Notes under the pieces: model-generated
The model's input: only the letters and a program-made list of their open reading frames with translations
Told to the model about the DNA's origin: nothing
The model's database searches: none
Translations under genes and position numbers: made by a program
Shown here: positions 9,962-19,234 of the stretch, one piece after another
How the letters are laid out: the number at the start of each line of letters is the position of its first letter
How positions within the stretch are numbered: the first letter of the stretch is position 1
Assembly (NCBI GenBank): GCA_041641295.1
Contig: JBEPYO010000001.1
Coordinates: 640,001 to 704,000, forward strand
Reading direction: 5' to 3'
DNA length: 64,000 nucleotides
Source of the DNA: Nitrososphaerota archaeon
Lineage (GTDB): Archaea; Thermoproteota; Nitrososphaeria_A; Caldarchaeales; Calditenuaceae

Positions 9962-9991
9962 GTATAGTATCCTCAAATCCTCTATGCGGCG

Positions 9992-10816
9992 TCAAGTGCT
10001 GACCACCGTCCCTCTGCCCGATAAGGCCACTGAGATGGGGTCGTCGCCGAGCCCGCTAGCTATCAACACCCTCTTTACGCCACCCAGTGCCGCTTCAGAG
10101 GCAAGTGCAAGCTTCCTGTTCATACCGGGGCCAATCTTCTTAGCCAGCTCAGACGCCTCGCCGGGAGAGAGCCTCTCCACAACCTTCCCATCCACAATTA
10201 CGCCCTCCACGTCGCTGAGAAAGACAAGCATCTCGGCGCCGATCCCTCGAGCTATCCATGAGGCAGCCTGGTCCCCATCGACATTCAGAATCTCCCCCTC
10301 TGTTCCGAGGGCTAGAGGGGCTATTACTGGGAGATACCCTGCCTGCAGTATCTGGGCTATCAGGGATGCATTAACCGACCTTATGCTTCCAGTATATCCA
10401 CCGGGAATTATCCTCTTCCTACCCCGCTCATCCACGATGATTATCTTCTTTTTTCTTTCAGCAACTAGTAGTCCGCCGTCGACGCCCGAGAGCCCGACCG
10501 CCCTGCCACCATACCGCTGAACCGCCGAGACTATCTCCTTGTTTATCTTCCCGGCCATCGCCATCACGTAGACCTCCAGCTCCCTCTCATCCGTGTATCT
10601 GCTCCGGATTCCCGAGGGTGACGTGACTATGGTGGGCGTCACTCCAAGCCTCTTAGAATATTCGGTCACTATGTCTCCGCCCCCGTGGACGAAGACTATC
10701 CCTTCACCACTGCTGCGGGCCAAGCTCTTCGCGATGTTCTCCATATTGCTCTGAAGAGCCCGACCACCTGCCTTAACAACAATCACCATACCACGCCCTT
10801 CACCCCATCCACTCAC
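9992..10816 (-). CDS. lysZ: [LysW]-aminoadipate/glutamate kinase
   Basis: VVKAGG, VHGGG, SRYTD, NVDGD, GMNRKL. Likely start is ATG at 10789. Confidence 0.92.
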   Translation of the reverse strand: MSGWGEGRGMVIVVKAGGRALQSNMENIAKSLARSSGEGIVFVHGGGDIVTEYSKRLGVTPTIVTSPSGIRSRYTDERELEVYVMAMAGKINKEIVSAVQRYGGRAVGLSGVDGGLLVAERKKKIIIVDERGRKRIIPGGYTGSIRSVNASLIAQILQAGYLPVIAPLALGTEGEILNVDGDQAASWIARGIGAEMLVFLSDVEGVIVDGKVVERLSPGEASELAKKIGPGMNRKLALASEAALGGVKRVLIASGLGDDPISVALSGRGTVVST

Positions 10817-11868
10817 ACAGGGCTTATGGGCAGCATGTTCAGCCCCTCCCTCTCATCAAGCCCGAGCATAATGTTCATGCACTGGACCGCCTGGCCTGCA
10901 GCCCCCTTCATCAGGTTATCTATGGCAGCGAATAAGGCTGCCCTCCTCCTAGAAGGCTCAACCGCGAACCCCACATCGCAGAAGTTGCTTCCAATCACGT
11001 ATTTCGGGTCCGGATACTTTACTGGGCCGGAGCGGACTATACGTATGAAGGGTTCCTTACCGTAGTGTCTTGCATAGGCCCTCCATATGGTGGTCTCGTC
11101 TAGAGAGTCTGCGAGCCAGACGTGGGCGGTTGCCAGGGCGCCCCTAACGTTGCCGACCGCGTGGGGGACCATGGCTATCTGAAGCCTTCTGCCGCAGAGG
11201 AGTGAGAGCTCCTGCTCAACCTCCGCCACATGCCTATGCCCTTCCGCCTCGTAAGGTCTGATTACGTTGGCTCTCTCGGGGTGGTGGGTTCCTTGACTGG
11301 GCTGCCGCCCAGCCTCGCTGCTCCCCACTTTAACGTCCACGGCAATGTGCTCTACTTCTATAAGCCCCTCCCTCACCGCTGGGGCTAGAGCGAGTATAGC
11401 TGCTGTCGCGTTACACCCCGGACAAGCCACTACCCGCGCATTCCTTATCTCGTCCCTGTGAATCTCGGGCAGCCCATAAACACTCTCCGACAGCAGTTCA
11501 GGGTCTCCGTGCGTAAACCCATACCACTCCTCGTAGAGCCGAGGGTCTCTAAGCCTGAAGTCTGGGCTTAAGTCCACAACCCTTAAACCGGCCTCAACCA
11601 GCCGCCGAGCCATCGTGTGAGATACGCCCGAAGGGACGCTCAGGAAGACCAGCTCGGCCTCGGAGACTATCTTCTCCAAGTTGAGTTCGGAGAACTTCAT
11701 CGTGCCCAATACTGAGCGGAGATTTAGGTGAACAGCTGCTACAGGTTTTCCGGCATACTCGCGTGAGGTAGCTGCGACGATCTCGACGCGTGGGTGGGTC
11801 GCTAGGAGTCTTAAGGCCTCGCCGCCAGTATAGCCGCTCGCACCTATTATCGCAACCCTTGTGGTCAT
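10813..11868 (-). CDS. lysY: [LysW]-aminoadipyl/glutamyl-phosphate reductase (ArgC family)
   Basis: IIGASGYTGGE, DLSPDFRL, YGLPE, catalytic PGCNAT, DNLMKGAAGQAVQ. Confidence 0.93.
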   Translation of the reverse strand: MTTRVAIIGASGYTGGEALRLLATHPRVEIVAATSREYAGKPVAAVHLNLRSVLGTMKFSELNLEKIVSEAELVFLSVPSGVSHTMARRLVEAGLRVVDLSPDFRLRDPRLYEEWYGFTHGDPELLSESVYGLPEIHRDEIRNARVVACPGCNATAAILALAPAVREGLIEVEHIAVDVKVGSSEAGRQPSQGTHHPERANVIRPYEAEGHRHVAEVEQELSLLCGRRLQIAMVPHAVGNVRGALATAHVWLADSLDETTIWRAYARHYGKEPFIRIVRSGPVKYPDPKYVIGSNFCDVGFAVEPSRRRAALFAAIDNLMKGAAGQAVQCMNIMLGLDEREGLNMLPISPV

Positions 11869-12710
11869 CGCTTCATCACCGAGACCACATACTTTGCGAG
11901 CTCGTCAGCAACACTTATCCCAGTCGCCTCCATGAACCCCTTAAACTCCGGCACACCATTCACTTCATTCAGATAGAGTTGCCCGCTGCTCTTATCCTCA
12001 AGGATGTCAATTGATATGAACTCGCCGCCGACTGTCTTGGCAGCCTTGATGCTTAGCTCGGCTATCTCGCCATTAACCTTGATCGGCTCAGTCTTACCTC
12101 CGAGCGCTACATTAGTCCTCCACTCGTCCCCTACGCTCTTCCTAACCACAGCGCCAATCACCTCTCCGCCTATTACTATTGTCCTAATATCCCTCCCCCC
12201 ACTCTCTATGTATTCTTGGACGATGTGTGTTCGCAGCTGCTGGCTCTGCATCATCTGCCTGTGCTCTAGGACGCTTCTCCAAGTGTTCTTATCCTTCACG
12301 AGGGTTACGAGCCTGCCCCAGCTCCCGATGGGGGGCTTATCGACGAAGGGTTTGGGGAAACGCCTATACGCTACTTCCGCAGACTCCGCTCCCAATACAA
12401 CCATGCTTCGAGGTATCTTGAGGCCTTGAGCCTTCAGCTTGCTCAGTGTTAGTATTTTATCGCCGCAGAGCATGAGTGTTGTGGAGCTGTTTATCGCTAT
12501 TGCGCCTGCCGCCTCCCTGATGGCGGCGGAGTAGAGGGCCTTCTGCATCGAGACAACCCTGACTAGAGCAACCCCTGCGGCCAGCTCTCCTATCAGCAAT
12601 GGCATGGTGTTGACGTTGGTTAGCTTGACCTCTACCCCCCTCTGCCTAAAGCTCTCTATCATCAGCTTCTCCTCAAGCCTCGGCATATCGTAGAGCAGCT
12701 CAACCTCCAT
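11865..12710 (-). CDS. argX: glutamate--LysW ligase (RimK/ATP-grasp)
   Basis: GSWGR, WRTNVALGG and ArgX-type EVNGVPEFKGF. Confidence 0.82.
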   Translation of the reverse strand: MEVELLYDMPRLEEKLMIESFRQRGVEVKLTNVNTMPLLIGELAAGVALVRVVSMQKALYSAAIREAAGAIAINSSTTLMLCGDKILTLSKLKAQGLKIPRSMVVLGAESAEVAYRRFPKPFVDKPPIGSWGRLVTLVKDKNTWRSVLEHRQMMQSQQLRTHIVQEYIESGGRDIRTIVIGGEVIGAVVRKSVGDEWRTNVALGGKTEPIKVNGEIAELSIKAAKTVGGEFISIDILEDKSSGQLYLNEVNGVPEFKGFMEATGISVADELAKYVVSVMKR

Positions 12711-12812
12711 CCCCTTTTCTACACCCTCCCCGCCACGACCATTCCAGCGCTACTGCATGATGATAAGCCTAAATAAAAACCCATTCCAAAACTAAAGAAA
12801 ATTAAGAATAAA

Positions 12813-12847
12813 TGGCCTGTTTCTAAAGAATCTACAGGCACACAGGC
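12813..12847. promoter_or_regulatory. GCCTGT-N13-ACAGGC palindrome plus extra ACAGGC half-site upstream of argX
   Basis: GCCTGT 12815-12820, ACAGGC 12834-12839 and 12842-12847. The same hexamer is clustered at 18284-18352. Confidence 0.4.
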
Positions 12848-13540
12848 TCACCTAATCAGCGGGAAAATACTAGTGACTATGTAGTCGATGAACTCGGACT
12901 CGGGCATCTTTGTGAAAGCGGTTACAACAGCATTCCTTGTCAAGCCTATGATCTTCCCACCGGTCCGCGTCGTGTAGACGATGTACCATATCTTCCCGTG
13001 GCTGAGGTATTCTTGGTATAGAGCCGTGTCCATGAGCGAGGGGCCGGCAAGCGCTAGCTTGTCCACACCCGGTATGTCGACCTGGTCGAACCAGATCAGC
13101 TTTGTCCCCTCTGGGTTGGACTCGTGTATCTGCTGCATGTTCTCTGGGGGGATATAGGCCTCGACGATGCTCTTATAGTTGAGGAAGAGGGCGTTTGAGA
13201 GTGTGGTTGCTGCAGAGTTTGCGAAGTGCTTCTCCTGGGCTATTGTTAGAAGTATCTTATCACCTCTGTTCCGAAACTCCACATAGGCCTCGATCGTCTT
13301 CACAATTGGCAGCTGTTTTCCCCTCTGCTTGATTCTGACGAGCTTATCCCTGCTGAATATCCCGGAGATGTAGTCCTTTCCCGCATGAATGTCCCGAACA
13401 TCTGTTAGGAGCTCAATCTCCCTATCCTCCTCCTTAACCAGCTGCCTCTCCTTAAACTCGCCCAGCTTGGCCGCTATCGTGGCTAGAGAGACCTCCTCCC
13501 TAACCTCGAAGATCTTCGCAGTAAGTACCATCGACTCCAT
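12848..13540 (-). CDS. hypothetical soluble protein
   Basis: Well-formed ORF. ATG at 13540 lies about 25 nt from a minus-strand TTAAAT box. No family recognised. Confidence 0.7.
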   Translation of the reverse strand: MESMVLTAKIFEVREEVSLATIAAKLGEFKERQLVKEEDREIELLTDVRDIHAGKDYISGIFSRDKLVRIKQRGKQLPIVKTIEAYVEFRNRGDKILLTIAQEKHFANSAATTLSNALFLNYKSIVEAYIPPENMQQIHESNPEGTKLIWFDQVDIPGVDKLALAGPSLMDTALYQEYLSHGKIWYIVYTTRTGGKIIGLTRNAVVTAFTKMPESEFIDYIVTSIFPLIR

Positions 13541-13700
13541 GACAGACGGGTTATGGCCGTATTTAAGAGATGATGAGCACACATGCTCTGCCGCGTTGTC
13601 TAGTTGGTTGGATTGTAGGGTAGATATTGAAGTCTATGGGATTGTTTTCGTAGTAGGGTAGGCATCTGTATGAGTCGAGGCTCCGACCCGGTGCAGCGGG

Positions 13701-15494
13701 GTGGCTGACATCATGCTACGAGTTGCAGTCATAGATCTTGACCACTGCCAGCCAACAAAGTGTGGGACACCGTGCATAGCCTTCTGCCCGCCAGTCAGGA
13801 ATAAGATAGAGGCCATCAAGATGGGTGAGAACGGGTTTCCAATAATCAATGAGGAGCTCTGCATCGGCTGCGGCATATGTGTTGCTAAGTGCCCCTTCGA
13901 GGCGATAGCCATAGTCAACCTGCCATCGGAGCTCGGAGGCGACCTCATACACCAGTATGGCGTTAACTCGTTTAGGCTCTATAGGCTGCCCTACGCCGAG
14001 CCAGGGACGGTCACAGGGCTTCTCGGGAGAAACGGTATAGGGAAATCCACGGCCCTATCGATTCTGGCTGGGCAGCTCAAACCCAACCTAGGAAAACTTG
14101 AAGACGGGTATGGTTGGGAGGAGGTTGCGAAGAGGTTCCGAGGAACACTGATTCAGGACTACTTCAAAAAGATGTCAGCCGGTATGCTCCGAGTGACCTA
14201 CAAGCCGCAGAACATTACTCAAATCCCCCGAGCAGTGAAGGGGAGGGTCCGCGAGGTTCTAACCCGAGTCGCAGGCTCCAAGCCGATAGACGATGTCGTC
14301 AAGAGGCTTGAGTTAGAACACCTCTTGGATAGGGAGGTCTCCGCTCTGAGTGGTGGCGAGCTCCAGCGTCTAGCAATCGCGGCGGCCATATTGAGGGGCG
14401 GGGACTGCTATATTTTCGACGAGCCCTCCAGCTTCCTAGACGTCAGGCAGAGGGTGAGGGCGGCATCGGCCATTCGAAGCCTGGTAGGAGAGGGGGCTCG
14501 GGTCTTCGTCGCAGACCATGACCTCTCATTCCTAGACTATGTCTCCGACACCATATTCATCTTTTACGGCGAGCCAGGAGTCTATGGAATAGTCTCAGGC
14601 CCCTACAGTCTAAGCGAGGGTGTCAATACTTATCTCGAGGGCTATGCACCGCTTGAGAACGTTAGGTTCAGGAGATATGAGATAGCCTTCTCAGCACATA
14701 GCCCCCCAGCACCTGACTCTGCCGGAGGGCCGTCCATCTACTGGTATCGGATGACGAAGACGTATGGGTCTTTTAGACTGGTAGTTGAGGAGGGTAGCGC
14801 CAAGATGGGGGAGGTGGTGGGCATAGTGGGGCCGAATGGCATAGGCAAATCCACATTCATCAAGCTTCTAGCAGGAATCGAGTCGGACGACTCTGGCAAC
14901 AGGATAGAGTATAGGTCGCTCAGCTACAAGCCCCAGCACCCGGAGCCGAGAGACGAGATAGTAGCCGACGCCTTGAGGAGGGCGGCTGGAAAGGACTTCG
15001 ACACAGAGCTCTACCGGTCGGAGCTGCTGAAACCCCTCGGCCTCGACAGGCTCCTAGACAGAAACATGATGGACCTCAGTGGTGGAGAGCTACAGCGCGT
15101 AGCTATTGCTGAGGCACTGTCAAAAGAGGCCGAGATCTATCTCTTAGACGAGCCGAGCGCCTTCCTAGACGTAGAGGAGAGATACGTTGTTGCGCGGCTC
15201 CTCAAGAGGCTGGCCAGGGAGAAGGGCGCCTACATATTCCTGGTGGAGCATGACTTGATGCTGATTGACTTCGCCGCTACTAGGCTGATGGTTTTCACAG
15301 GCCAGCCTGGGATAGAGGGGCATGCCCTACCGCCGATGGGTATGAGGGAGGGGTTCAACAGATTCCTCTCGGAGCTAGGCATAACATTTAGGCGCGACAG
15401 GAAAAGCAATAGGCCCCGCGTAAACAAGCCAGACTCGAGGCTTGACCGCATCCAGAAGGAGATGGGAGAGTACTACTATGTTGAGGCGGGGTAG
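13701..15494 (+). CDS. rli1: ribosome recycling ATPase ABCE1/Rli1
   Basis: N-terminal Fe-S domain (CQPTKCGTPC...CIGCGICVAKCP), two ABC domains (GRNGIGKS, GPNGIGKS, LSGGELQR twice), C-terminal RPRVNKPDSRLD. Confidence 0.97.
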   Translation: MADIMLRVAVIDLDHCQPTKCGTPCIAFCPPVRNKIEAIKMGENGFPIINEELCIGCGICVAKCPFEAIAIVNLPSELGGDLIHQYGVNSFRLYRLPYAEPGTVTGLLGRNGIGKSTALSILAGQLKPNLGKLEDGYGWEEVAKRFRGTLIQDYFKKMSAGMLRVTYKPQNITQIPRAVKGRVREVLTRVAGSKPIDDVVKRLELEHLLDREVSALSGGELQRLAIAAAILRGGDCYIFDEPSSFLDVRQRVRAASAIRSLVGEGARVFVADHDLSFLDYVSDTIFIFYGEPGVYGIVSGPYSLSEGVNTYLEGYAPLENVRFRRYEIAFSAHSPPAPDSAGGPSIYWYRMTKTYGSFRLVVEEGSAKMGEVVGIVGPNGIGKSTFIKLLAGIESDDSGNRIEYRSLSYKPQHPEPRDEIVADALRRAAGKDFDTELYRSELLKPLGLDRLLDRNMMDLSGGELQRVAIAEALSKEAEIYLLDEPSAFLDVEERYVVARLLKRLAREKGAYIFLVEHDLMLIDFAATRLMVFTGQPGIEGHALPPMGMREGFNRFLSELGITFRRDRKSNRPRVNKPDSRLDRIQKEMGEYYYVEAG

Positions 15495-15502
15495 GGGCAT
15501 CC

Positions 15503-15919
15503 TTATCTCTTCAACATTATCTCGTGCCGATTTTCCCAGCTATGCCTGACAGCGGCAGCCACCTCATTACATGCAACCAACATTAGGGCTTTCTCAAACT
15601 TCCGAAACATCTTAGCAACTTCTCTCTGCTTCATCTTCAAGACCTTCGCAGCCTTATCCAAATCATATCCAATAGGTGTGGAAAACTGGGATAGGTCGAA
15701 GGGCGGCCGCGGCTTGTAGTCTCTGACGCGGTAACATGCCTCAAGCCAAGTGGAAGCCTCCTCCTTCGACGCAACATGCCTATCGCTCCAGAGCCTCAAG
15801 ACACCGCTCTTCTCCGGCATTAGCTCGCAGACCAGCTCTGTTAAAGCTTCCCAGACTATGAAGCTCCGCCTATCAGAGAAAGCCACACCCTCATCGATAC
15901 AGACAATATAGCTCGTCAT
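15503..15919 (-). CDS. hypothetical protein
   Basis: 138-aa ORF with GGAGG SD-like sequence upstream; no family recognised. Confidence 0.6.
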   Translation of the reverse strand: MTSYIVCIDEGVAFSDRRSFIVWEALTELVCELMPEKSGVLRLWSDRHVASKEEASTWLEACYRVRDYKPRPPFDLSQFSTPIGYDLDKAAKVLKMKQREVAKMFRKFEKALMLVACNEVAAAVRHSWENRHEIMLKR

Positions 15920-15989
15920 ACCTCCTAGGCCCTAAGCCCTATCCATCCTTAGTTTTTACTTATAGTGTTTCCCACTTAACACCAATCTC

Positions 15990-16754
15990 TCAGTTAGTGG
16001 ACGGTGATTCTCCCAGCCTGCTCCTAAGCCGTCTCAGAAACCGCTCCGTTCTCTCCCTCCTCGGCCGCTCTAGGACTTGACGGGCATCACCCTCCTCAAC
16101 GATCTGACCCTCATCTATGAAGACGACACGGTCTGCCGCCGCCTCGGCAAAGTCCAACTCATGTGTGACGATGAGCATTGACCTGCCCTGCTTCGCGACT
16201 TGGTATAGGGTCTCGACAACCTCGTATCTCAGCTCGGGGTCCAGTGCAGAGGTAGGCTCATCTAGTAGGAGTAGTTTGGGGTCAATCGCTAGAGCCCTCG
16301 CTATAGCGGCTCTCTGCTGCTGGCCACCCGAGAGCTCCAGAGGATACTTTCCGGCTAATTCTCCGAGGCCGAGCATGTCAAGAACGGACTTAGCCGTCTC
16401 CTCTGCCTCTCGTCTACTCATCCCCTTACTAAGCTCTAGTGGAAGGGCCACATTCCTGATAATGGTCATGTGGGGAAAAAGGTTGTATTGCTGGAAGACA
16501 AACCCTGTATTCGCTCTTATTCTTCTGAGGACCGCCGGGTCAGGGCTCACAGTGAGCCCGTCTATGCGAATCTCCCCACTCCAAGGCCTCACCAAGTATG
16601 GAATACATTTCAGGAGCGTGCTCTTGCCCGAGCCACTCGGGCCGAGAATAACGACTTTCTCGCCCCTCTTGACGCGCAGGTCTATGCCCCTCAAGACCTC
16701 AACCTTCCCATAGCCAGCCCTTAACCCGTTAATTTGCAGCAGCTCCTCGCTCAA
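15990..16754 (-). CDS. polar amino acid ABC transporter ATP-binding protein (GlnQ-like)
   Basis: GPSGSGKST, FQQYNLFPH, LSGGQQQR, DEPTSALDPE. Confidence 0.93.
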   Translation of the reverse strand: MSEELLQINGLRAGYGKVEVLRGIDLRVKRGEKVVILGPSGSGKSTLLKCIPYLVRPWSGEIRIDGLTVSPDPAVLRRIRANTGFVFQQYNLFPHMTIIRNVALPLELSKGMSRREAEETAKSVLDMLGLGELAGKYPLELSGGQQQRAAIARALAIDPKLLLLDEPTSALDPELRYEVVETLYQVAKQGRSMLIVTHELDFAEAAADRVVFIDEGQIVEEGDARQVLERPRRERTERFLRRLRSRLGESPSTN

Positions 16755-17419
16755 ACTAGAGCCCTCTTATAACCGGGAATAGCATATCGCGTCTCCAGCA
16801 TCTTAGAAAACTGCGACGTGGGCAGACAGATGGCGAGATAAATCGCAGCGGCCAGCAAGTATATCTCGGGCATAAACGTGTAGGAGACCATATACTCGGT
16901 CCTTCTAAACAGCTCGGCAACACCAATAATCGAGGCGAGCGACGTATACTTGATGAGGGCTACAAACTCGTTGACTAGCGCGGGGGTGGCAACCCGGATT
17001 GCCTGCGGAAATATGATGAACCGGTAGGTCTGGACAGTCGTCATCCCAAGCGACTCCGCGGCAAGATACTGCTCCTCAGGAATACCCTTAATCGCAGAGC
17101 GGAGGATCTCGGCCTGATAAGCCGCGCTATTGAGGCCGATCGCTATCACAGAGGCTGTGAAAGCGTCCAGCCTAATACCAACCGTGGGAAGACCAAAGTA
17201 GATAAAGAATATCTGCACGAGTAGCGGTGTTCCGCGGAAGAACTCGATGTACGAGCGGGAAATAATCGAAAGTGGCTTAGAGCCAAAAACTCTTGCCGCG
17301 GCTAAGACGGCCCCCAGTGCTAAGCCGAGAGCGAAGGAGAGAAGTGTCAGCTGCATCGTTACGGGTATGCCCTCCAGCAAGTAGGGGAGGATCTGGAACA
17401 AAAAACGACTAATGTCCAA
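16751..17419 (-). CDS. polar amino acid ABC transporter permease (HisM/GlnP-like)
   Basis: FRGTPLLVQ, SAAYQAEILRSAI, IIFPQA. Confidence 0.93.
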   Translation of the reverse strand: MDISRFLFQILPYLLEGIPVTMQLTLLSFALGLALGAVLAAARVFGSKPLSIISRSYIEFFRGTPLLVQIFFIYFGLPTVGIRLDAFTASVIAIGLNSAAYQAEILRSAIKGIPEEQYLAAESLGMTTVQTYRFIIFPQAIRVATPALVNEFVALIKYTSLASIIGVAELFRRTEYMVSYTFMPEIYLLAAAIYLAICLPTSQFSKMLETRYAIPGYKRALV

Positions 17420-17432
17420 CTCCTAAAACCGT

Positions 17433-18263
17433 TTATTGCCCAAGCCACTTATTAATTTCTTCCTCGAAGATCCGGCTCATCTCGCCGCTTGACGTAAGAT
17501 CTTCTATCACCTTGTTGACGATGTATTTCAGCTCCTCTTCACCCTGTGGGATTCCTATAGCAGCACCGCTTAGACTCCCAATCTTCAGGACTACAGCCAG
17601 CTCAGGGTCGCGGGATGCAAGCACGGTAGCGATTATGTCTCCCACGATTATCGCGTCGAGGTCTCCCCTCTTTAGCGTCATGACCATCTCGGGGTAGACC
17701 CGGTCATAAGAGACTATGTTAGCCTTTCCCCCCAGGTTCTCCTTGGCCCACTCCTCCTGTATCGTGCCCTGCTGGACACCTATGTTTTTGCCGACCAGCG
17801 CTGACTCTGAGGTGATTTGAGACGCCTTACTCTTAAGCACCACGACCGCGGCGTCGTATGCCACATAGTATCCCTTAGAGAAGTCGATCTCTCTTTCACG
17901 CTCCGCCGTGTGGTGGAGATCTGCCAAGATAAGGTCGATCTGCCCAGCCTTCAAGGCCTGAATCAAAGCACCAAACTTCATGTCGCGGATCTCAAGTTTG
18001 ACACCGATCTCCCGCGCAATCCTATCAGCAATCACGATGTCTATGCCAGCGAAGTTGCCCTGCGCGTCTATGTATTCGAAGGGCGGCCAGTCTGCGCTCG
18101 TACCAACTATTAGCACACCTCGACTCTTAATTGTGTCGAGAAGAGACGGCTTGGCCGGTGGAGTCATAAGTGAGGAGGCTGCATAAAACCCACCGGCACC
18201 AATAACAACACCTACAACCAATGCGACTGCAATCCAAACGGCACCAACACTTTTAGCCGCCAT
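17433..18263 (-). CDS. polar/basic amino acid ABC transporter substrate-binding protein (SBP family 3)
   Basis: N-terminal TM anchor, GTSADWPPFE, ERE-x-x-IDFS, GVQQGTIQE. Confidence 0.9.
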   Translation of the reverse strand: MAAKSVGAVWIAVALVVGVVIGAGGFYAASSLMTPPAKPSLLDTIKSRGVLIVGTSADWPPFEYIDAQGNFAGIDIVIADRIAREIGVKLEIRDMKFGALIQALKAGQIDLILADLHHTAEREREIDFSKGYYVAYDAAVVVLKSKASQITSESALVGKNIGVQQGTIQEEWAKENLGGKANIVSYDRVYPEMVMTLKRGDLDAIIVGDIIATVLASRDPELAVVLKIGSLSGAAIGIPQGEEELKYIVNKVIEDLTSSGEMSRIFEEEINKWLGQ

Positions 18264-18283
18264 GTTCGGTCAAAGTAAGGAAG

Positions 18284-18352
18284 TGGCCTGTTTAAAGACT
18301 TTTTTATAACACCGCAATACAGGCAGTTTTTACAACTTAAGACAGGCCATTT
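18284..18352. promoter_or_regulatory. cluster of TGGCCTGT/ACAGGC motifs around the TATA region of the amino acid ABC operon
   Basis: TGGCCTGT 18284-18291, ACAGGC 18319-18324, ACAGGCCATTT 18342-18352; TTTAAA/TTATAA boxes at 18291-18309. Confidence 0.4.
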
Positions 18353-18449
18353 GGTTGAATTCTTTAAGTGGGGTGCTGTAGACAATATCTGCGACTCATA
18401 TTTTTCTACGATAAGAAGATATATATTGAGGGGAAAGGCTGGAATAAGC

Positions 18450-18788
18450 ATGACACGTTATAAGGCCCCCGATCTTCCAGCCGAGAAGGTTACCCCGGAG
18501 CTGGTTAGAGATGAGCTACTGAAGTGTTTTGAGAGCGCCAACAAAGAGTTCATGGAGATCCTCGGCCAGCCCTATCAGGACGAGGTCTTAAAGCAGCAGG
18601 TCCGCCAATTCCTCGAGGGCGTGTTTAAACAGTGTGGGGTAAGCATCGAGAGGCCGACTAAGGAGGGGCTCTTGATGGCGATAGAGGCCTGTAAGGCCAA
18701 TGCTGAAAAGATGATGGGAGAGAAGGGCGCAGCAGTTATCAGACACCACTATGAAGAAATGATGAAGCTGATTAGCAAGCTCCGCTAA
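18450..18788 (+). CDS. small helical hypothetical protein
   Basis: ATG at 18450 about 25 nt after an ATATAT box; motifs VTPELVRDELLKCF, PTKEGL, IRHHYEEMMKLI. Confidence 0.7.
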   Translation: MTRYKAPDLPAEKVTPELVRDELLKCFESANKEFMEILGQPYQDEVLKQQVRQFLEGVFKQCGVSIERPTKEGLLMAIEACKANAEKMMGEKGAAVIRHHYEEMMKLISKLR

Positions 18789-18856
18789 GACACGCCCTAC
18801 CTACAAAATAACTAAAAAATTACTGGGTCTTAGGAGACTATCTCTCTTAAACTCTT

Positions 18857-19114
18857 TTAAGCCAAGAGTTCAGCCTTAACCAACGCATCTACAAGCTCTT
18901 TTATAGGCTCTCGAAGCTCATCTGGGTTTATCTCTGATATGTCTGCAACCTCCTGTATTACCTCCTCAACAGTCTTCTCCTCAAACCTATCCCAGATGGC
19001 TACAATCGACTCGTTCACAAGATACGCAACTCCTTTCTCGTTGACTAGGAGGAGCTCACCCTCCCCGGTCTGCGTGAGATATCCCTTCTTGTTTAGACGC
19101 TTTTCCTCAGCCAA
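18857..19114 (-). CDS. PqqD-family (RiPP recognition element-like) protein
   Basis: ELLLV...YLVNESIVAIWDRFEEKTVEEVIQEVA...IKELVDALVKAELL fits the PqqD pattern LNxxxxxIWxxxDGxxTVxEI...LxxxGLI. Confidence 0.7.
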   Translation of the reverse strand: MAEEKRLNKKGYLTQTGEGELLLVNEKGVAYLVNESIVAIWDRFEEKTVEEVIQEVADISEINPDELREPIKELVDALVKAELLA

Positions 19115-19234
19115 TTCAGCTATAGACTGGACCGCGCCTTATAACCCTTTACTGACTATTTCAAGCGAACTCGAAATAAAAACTGGCAACGAGGGGCATT
19201 AATGACATATATCGGCGATGCGCTGTTTTTCTCG

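Noticed and set aside
13560-13700. ATGATGA box C-like motifs here and near 5171, 12757 and 37762 (possible C/D sRNAs)
   Set aside because: No properly spaced CTGA D/D' boxes were found.
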